Shown here: one piece after another, positions 52,519 to 56,778 of the stretch | Layout of the letters: the number at the start of each line of letters is the position of its first letter | Numbering within the stretch: position 1 is the first letter of the stretch | Virus record (IMG/VR): IMGVR_UViG_3300010267_000002 | Direction: 5' to 3' (one strand) | DNA: 56,778 nucleotides | From: a virus | Notes under the pieces: model-generated | What the model saw: the letters and a program-made list of their open reading frames with translations, nothing else | The model's database searches: none | Told to the model about the DNA's origin: nothing | Translations under genes and position numbers: made by a program

Positions 52519-52998
52519 ATGATTATACTTGTTGAAGGTCCTGATGGTGCAGGTAAAACCACAATTATCAAGCAGTTAATGGAAAGTCTTCCAGGAAGTT
52601 TCTATAGACACTTCAGCAATCCTAAGACCGAAGAAGAGGCTGATAATTACTGGAAGGTATATGCAGAAGCTGTAAGTTCAGCAGACCCAACTAAAGTGCA
52701 CATATTTGATAGAAGCTGGTATTCTGATGTTGTGTACGGACCAATCTTTAGAGGTAGACTAGAGATGGATCCAATGCATGTTAAGATGTTAGAAGCTCTA
52801 GTAAAGACGCATGGCGGAGGTTTTGTAATTTACTGCACAGCACCACTCAAGACCTTATGGGCACGCTGTAAGCAACGTGGCGAAACCTTTGTGTTGTCAA
52901 AGGATAAGCTGGATGAGGTGTCCAGATCCTATGCCCACGTAATGGCAACTCAATGCGGCTTACCCGTAATACGATATGACACGGGTGCTACATGGTAG
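52519..52998 (+). CDS. (Deoxy)nucleoside-monophosphate kinase, thymidylate kinase-like
   Basis: P-loop ILVEGPDGAGKTT. ATG 52519 lies after GAGGAGG. Confidence 0.75.
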   Translation: MIILVEGPDGAGKTTIIKQLMESLPGSFYRHFSNPKTEEEADNYWKVYAEAVSSADPTKVHIFDRSWYSDVVYGPIFRGRLEMDPMHVKMLEALVKTHGGGFVIYCTAPLKTLWARCKQRGETFVLSKDKLDEVSRSYAHVMATQCGLPVIRYDTGATW

Positions 52999-53561
52999 AC
53001 CCTAAAATATGTGAGGGGTGTGGCTGGGTATATCCTATAACGCATCCCGATAAGCGGTGCCGCTTCTGCGGCACCCCATTTAAGAAAAGAATATGCAAGC
53101 TATGTGGGCAATTTGCAGAGGTTGCAAAGGGCGAAAATATATGCAAGAAATGTAAGAGCAAAAAGGTTATGGCTAGTACAACACCCGAGCAAGCCTTAGC
53201 AAAGTTACAACGCCATCGCGCTAGAGTACGTAAGAAGAACGAGGATAAATTTAATGCATGGCTTGAAATGATCAGTAAAGTTCGTAAACCAATCAAGACA
53301 CTAACAGAAGATGAATGGATAAGAGCATGCATGCACTTTGGTTCATGTGCGACTTGTGGGTCTAGCTCTATAGATGCAAGAGGCATGTTTATACCATTCA
53401 AGTTCGGCGGAAGGTATGCAGCGTGGAATATTATACCGATATGTGACAAATGCGCCACAGCGCTTAAGTTCCAGCATAACCCATTCATTAGATATAAACC
53501 AGATATTCTAGACCCAATTGTAGAGTATCTACGCCCAATTCTTGAGGAGGCGATCAAATGA
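52992..53561 (+). CDS. Multi-zinc-finger protein
   Basis: Motifs CEGCG, CRFCG, CKLCG, CKKC, CATCG and CDKC. Preferred over the mirror ORF on the minus strand. Confidence 0.6.
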   Translation: MVDPKICEGCGWVYPITHPDKRCRFCGTPFKKRICKLCGQFAEVAKGENICKKCKSKKVMASTTPEQALAKLQRHRARVRKKNEDKFNAWLEMISKVRKPIKTLTEDEWIRACMHFGSCATCGSSSIDARGMFIPFKFGGRYAAWNIIPICDKCATALKFQHNPFIRYKPDILDPIVEYLRPILEEAIK

Positions 53562-53830
53562 AACGTATTCTTAAGTACACTCTAGATATTGTTGACTATC
53601 AGGAATTAACTCTGTCAGATAATAGTAAAATATTATCTGTAGCTAATCAGAGAGATAATATAGTACTGTACGCACTGACAAATGAAGAACCAACTACATG
53701 TACTTACGCAATTATTATACATGGCACAGGGCATCCTGCCGATGACGTGATAGGTGCACAATTTATAGGCACAGTAAGTCTATATAATGGCTCATTGATG
53801 TTCCATGTATTCGCAAGGAGGATAAGTTAA
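53558..53830 (+). CDS. Hypothetical protein
   Basis: 90-aa ORF with a coupled start. Confidence 0.55.
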   Translation: MKRILKYTLDIVDYQELTLSDNSKILSVANQRDNIVLYALTNEEPTTCTYAIIIHGTGHPADDVIGAQFIGTVSLYNGSLMFHVFARRIS

Positions 53831-54231
53831 TGAACATGGCAAGACGTAAAGTATTCAAAGATTTTACAGCTAACTTGGCAACGTTATCTAAATGTACAGA
53901 GCGCAAAGTTGCGGCTATAATAACTGACAGCAGTATGTCACAGGTATATAGTATAGGTGTAAATGGCGGTCCTAAAGGTTTAGCAGATTGCATGTGCGTG
54001 TTGGATGGAAAGTATGGATGTATACACGCTGAAATAAATGCTCTTATAAAGTGCACTAGTACAGAGCCTGGAAAAATTATGTTTGTAACTTTAGCGCCTT
54101 GTAAGCAATGCGCCACAGCGATAATAAATGCACCAGGTGGATTTTCAAAAGTATACTACTTTGAAGATTGGAAAGAAGATTTTGGTATACAATTATTAAA
54201 GGCCTCAGGTATACATGTAGAACGTATATAA
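53830..54231 (+). CDS. dCMP deaminase
   Basis: Zinc motifs CIHAEINAL and PCKQCA. Confidence 0.85.
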   Translation: MNMARRKVFKDFTANLATLSKCTERKVAAIITDSSMSQVYSIGVNGGPKGLADCMCVLDGKYGCIHAEINALIKCTSTEPGKIMFVTLAPCKQCATAIINAPGGFSKVYYFEDWKEDFGIQLLKASGIHVERI

Positions 54232-54300
54232 TACACAGAACGTGTCCGTAATACATTAGGCGATAAAATATATTAAGGTATTCTACGGACTAGCAACATG

Positions 54301-54309
54301 TGTTATAAT
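54301..54309 (+). promoter_or_regulatory. TGTTATAAT extended -10
   Basis: Intergenic, 10 nt upstream of AAGGAGG. Confidence 0.5.
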
Positions 54310-54327
54310 AATAAGGAGGTGTAAATA

Positions 54328-54564
54328 TTGGCGCATATTATAATTACAACAACAGCTGAAGAGCATGCTAAAGTACTAAGTGCTTTAAAAGATCTTGAAG
54401 GTAAAACTGTATCAGTATCAGAAATAGCAAAGAAGGCTGGCATGAATCCTAACAGGGTACGATATGTAATATCAGACCTTGTAGATGCTGGGAAAATACT
54501 CAGAATACCTACAAAGGCATTCAATAAGCACTATATAAGATATAAGTATGAGATAGTGTCCTGA
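54328..54564 (+). CDS. Winged-helix-like DNA-binding protein
   Basis: TTG start 8 nt after AGGAGG. Motif VSEIAKKAGMNPNRVRYVISDLVDAGKI. Confidence 0.6.
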   Translation: MAHIIITTTAEEHAKVLSALKDLEGKTVSVSEIAKKAGMNPNRVRYVISDLVDAGKILRIPTKAFNKHYIRYKYEIVS

Positions 54565-54745
54565 ATGTGGAAAGCCTATACTAAATGCGGAGGGGTGCAC
54601 AATGTGCCCGTCATGTGGGTTTTCTAAATGTAACTGAGTAGTAATGAGAGGTTTGTCCAAACTATAAGTTATATTCTATTACCACGAAGGTAGTTTACGG
54701 CTGCCTTCATGTGTAATATAATTATAATGAAGGAGAGTGATAGAA

Positions 54746-56778
54746 TTGGCTATAATCAGACCAAAAAGGAAAGCCGTAATACAGAAGGGCACCGGCTATA
54801 CCTACATAGCAGATTCTTTTGCTAAAGATCATAAGGTCGCTAACTTTTATGAAGTTGATGACCCACAAGAGATTCTACAACGCATCAAGCCATTTGAACT
54901 TTACAATCGCAAGTTTATTACATTTGATACTGAGACCCATGCACATTTCAAAAGTAGCAGCGAAGTGCCAAAGTCTGTTGTAAGAAGATGGGTAGGCTCA
55001 GGAAAATCGGCGCACCCACAAGACTATCCATTTTGTTTGTCTATATGTGACGGTAAGAATGCTTACACTATATATGACACAGTAGATAATGGTTTTGCAA
55101 AATTTAAGCAGTTGGCGCCATTATTCGAGGACCCAAGCATTGAAAAGATAGCCCATAATTGGAAATTTGATGCGCATATGTTTGCTAATGCAGGCATGAA
55201 GATAATAGGAAGGGTACATGATACTGTAGTTCTAACTAAGTTAGTAGATGAAAATAGGCATTCATTTCAGCTAAGGGATATTGCGGCTACGAAAAAAGGT
55301 GGCATAGTAAAGTTTGAGTATATGGTCGATGCATACAAACAAATGAACAAAGTGAATGATTATCGTCTAATACCGCGTGAGTTATTATCCGAGTACGCAA
55401 ATGCTGACGTATGGAACTGCTATCTTGTGTTTGTAGATGAATACCCAAAACTCATAGCAGACGACCTAGTTGAGTTATATGACAGAGAATGCGAACTTAT
55501 GATTGCACTATATGCAATGGAACGATACGGCATGCGTACTGACCCAAGCTATGAGGCCCCTTTGAAAACAGAACTACAACAGGTTACTGATGATGCAGAA
55601 CGCGCTATATATGAAGAGGCTGGCGGCATGTTCAATATAAATTCTGGTAAGCAACTGTACGATGTTTTAATGAACTTAGGCATAAATAAGAACTGGATAG
55701 GCATGACTGATAAAGGTAACCCTAAGTTAGACAAGGATGCATTAAACACATTAGCTGAAAAGTACGATGTGTCGATAGTACAAAAGATACTTGAGTACAG
55801 AAAGAATGAGAAATTGCTAAATACTTACGCTGTAGGTATATATGACCAAAAGGACAGCGAGGACAGGGTGCATTGTAGTATAAACCAGACAGAGGCAACT
55901 ACAGGTCGCATGTCAATAATTAAACCAGCGTTACAAACACTGCCAAAGAAAGATAAGCGTATAAGACGTGTGTTTATTCCAGATCCAGACTATGACTTAT
56001 ACTTTATGGACCTAGACCAGGTTGAATACAGACTATTTGCACACTATGCAAAGATACCAAGCTTAATAGAGTCCATTAAAAAAGGTTACGACGTGCATGC
56101 AGCAACAGCGGCTATGATATTCCATGTAGATATTGACGAACTAATAAGCAAGATAAACGCCGGAGACCCGGCCGCAAATGACATGAGAAGTAAAGGTAAG
56201 ACAATAAACTTTGCACTAATATATGGTGTTGGTCAGGACCATCTTGCAGAGCTGCTTAAGTGCACAGTTACTGAAGCAACCAATCTTAAAGTTAATTATT
56301 TTTCGCAGATGCCTGAAGCCCAAGCATTTATCTCCACAGTACACCAAGTAATAAAAGCACGTGGTTTTGTAAAGAACTTCTATGGTAGGCGTCGCCGCCT
56401 CGACCCTGATGATTGCTACAAGGCTCCTAATGCACTGATTCAAGGATGTGCTGCTGATTATATCAAGTCTAAGCTTGTGAATATGTTTAAGTACATTCAA
56501 TACCACAATCTTAAGACAAAGCTATTATTACCAATACATGATGAAGTTATAGTAATGAGCCATAAAGACGAACAAGAGCATATACCTGTGTTAAGATGGC
56601 TATTATCAGATTTCAAATCATTTAGGTGCCCTATAACGGCCGGCATTGAAAAAGGAGCACCATCATGGGGTCAGAAAGTTAGCTCAGAAGATATAGGATT
56701 TAAAGAGCCAGACGATATGAGCTTCTTATCGTATAATGTGTATGATGGCAAAGTGTTTGATATATACAAGGAGGAGGA
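54746..56778 (+). CDS. polA: DNA polymerase I (family A) with a 3'-5' exonuclease domain. It runs off the window end and finishes at 124-130 after the junction.
   Basis: TTG 54746 lies after AAGGAGAG. ExoI FDTET, motif A DLDQVEYRLFAHY, motif B RSKGKTINFALIYG, motif C PIHDEV. It is not in the ORF track because there is no in-window stop. 2033 + 7 nt gives 680 codons. Confidence 0.9.
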   Translation, partial: MAIIRPKRKAVIQKGTGYTYIADSFAKDHKVANFYEVDDPQEILQRIKPFELYNRKFITFDTETHAHFKSSSEVPKSVVRRWVGSGKSAHPQDYPFCLSICDGKNAYTIYDTVDNGFAKFKQLAPLFEDPSIEKIAHNWKFDAHMFANAGMKIIGRVHDTVVLTKLVDENRHSFQLRDIAATKKGGIVKFEYMVDAYKQMNKVNDYRLIPRELLSEYANADVWNCYLVFVDEYPKLIADDLVELYDRECELMIALYAMERYGMRTDPSYEAPLKTELQQVTDDAERAIYEEAGGMFNINSGKQLYDVLMNLGINKNWIGMTDKGNPKLDKDALNTLAEKYDVSIVQKILEYRKNEKLLNTYAVGIYDQKDSEDRVHCSINQTEATTGRMSIIKPALQTLPKKDKRIRRVFIPDPDYDLYFMDLDQVEYRLFAHYAKIPSLIESIKKGYDVHAATAAMIFHVDIDELISKINAGDPAANDMRSKGKTINFALIYGVGQDHLAELLKCTVTEATNLKVNYFSQMPEAQAFISTVHQVIKARGFVKNFYGRRRRLDPDDCYKAPNALIQGCAADYIKSKLVNMFKYIQYHNLKTKLLLPIHDEVIVMSHKDEQEHIPVLRWLLSDFKSFRCPITAGIEKGAPSWGQKVSSEDIGFKEPDDMSFLSYNVYDGKVFDIYKEE
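56656..56778. repeat. Terminal direct repeat (copy 2), identical to 1-123
   Basis: Base-by-base comparison. Confidence 0.95.

Noticed and set aside
1-56778. Stop-codon reassignment or an alternative genetic code, and a lysogeny module
   Set aside because: With the standard code, long uninterrupted ORFs tile the structural and replication modules, so recoding is unnecessary. I saw no integrase, excisionase, CI-like repressor, or ParA/ParB or Rep genes. A temperate or plasmid lifestyle therefore cannot be claimed from this sequence.

Overview
This window is essentially a complete dsDNA tailed-phage genome of about 56.66 kb with siphovirus-like gene order. It is a circular assembly opened inside the DNA polymerase gene: bases 1-123 are identical to 56656-56778. 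AGGAGG-type Shine-Dalgarno (SD) sites, frequent GTG/TTG starts, an amidase+SH3 endolysin, an AbrB-like regulator, a YhaM-like nuclease and a phage sigma factor suggest a Firmicutes/Clostridia-like host; this is inference, since no search was possible.

Layout:
- 133-6950 (+): early genes, many of them small zinc-ribbon proteins.
- 6988-8243 (-): leftward genes.
- 8.25-13.9 kb: an unusual accessory locus.
- 14.0-37.1 kb (+): terS-HNH-terL, portal, protease, scaffold, capsid, connectors, tail tube, G/GT chaperone with a -1 frameshift, tape measure, baseplate/fibre, holins, endolysin and transglycosylase.
- 37.5-38.4 kb: a small helical protein, a roughly 440-nt hairpin-rich non-coding stretch and a tRNA-like element.
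- 38.4-56.8 kb, wrapping to 130 (+): replication and nucleotide metabolism (SNF2 helicase, VRR-NUC, sigma factor, ATP-dependent ligase, RNase H, primase-helicase, YqaJ exonuclease, NTP pyrophosphohydrolase, ThyX-like, dNMP kinase, dCMP deaminase, family A DNA polymerase).

No integrase or repressor module was recognised.

The most unusual content is the 8.25-13.9 kb locus. It holds an AT-rich dyad of TGTATAAT iterons and five GC-rich, hairpin-dense, ORF-poor islands that lie between terminators and promoters. These islands share a GGGTTTTAGC(C/G)G core (15 same-strand copies) and a conserved roughly 90-nt module, and one carries a 9 x 41-bp tandem array. They are interleaved with small genes that each have a near-identical promoter and their own terminator. 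I could not match this to any described element.

All product names come from motifs read by eye. No database search or folding program was run.
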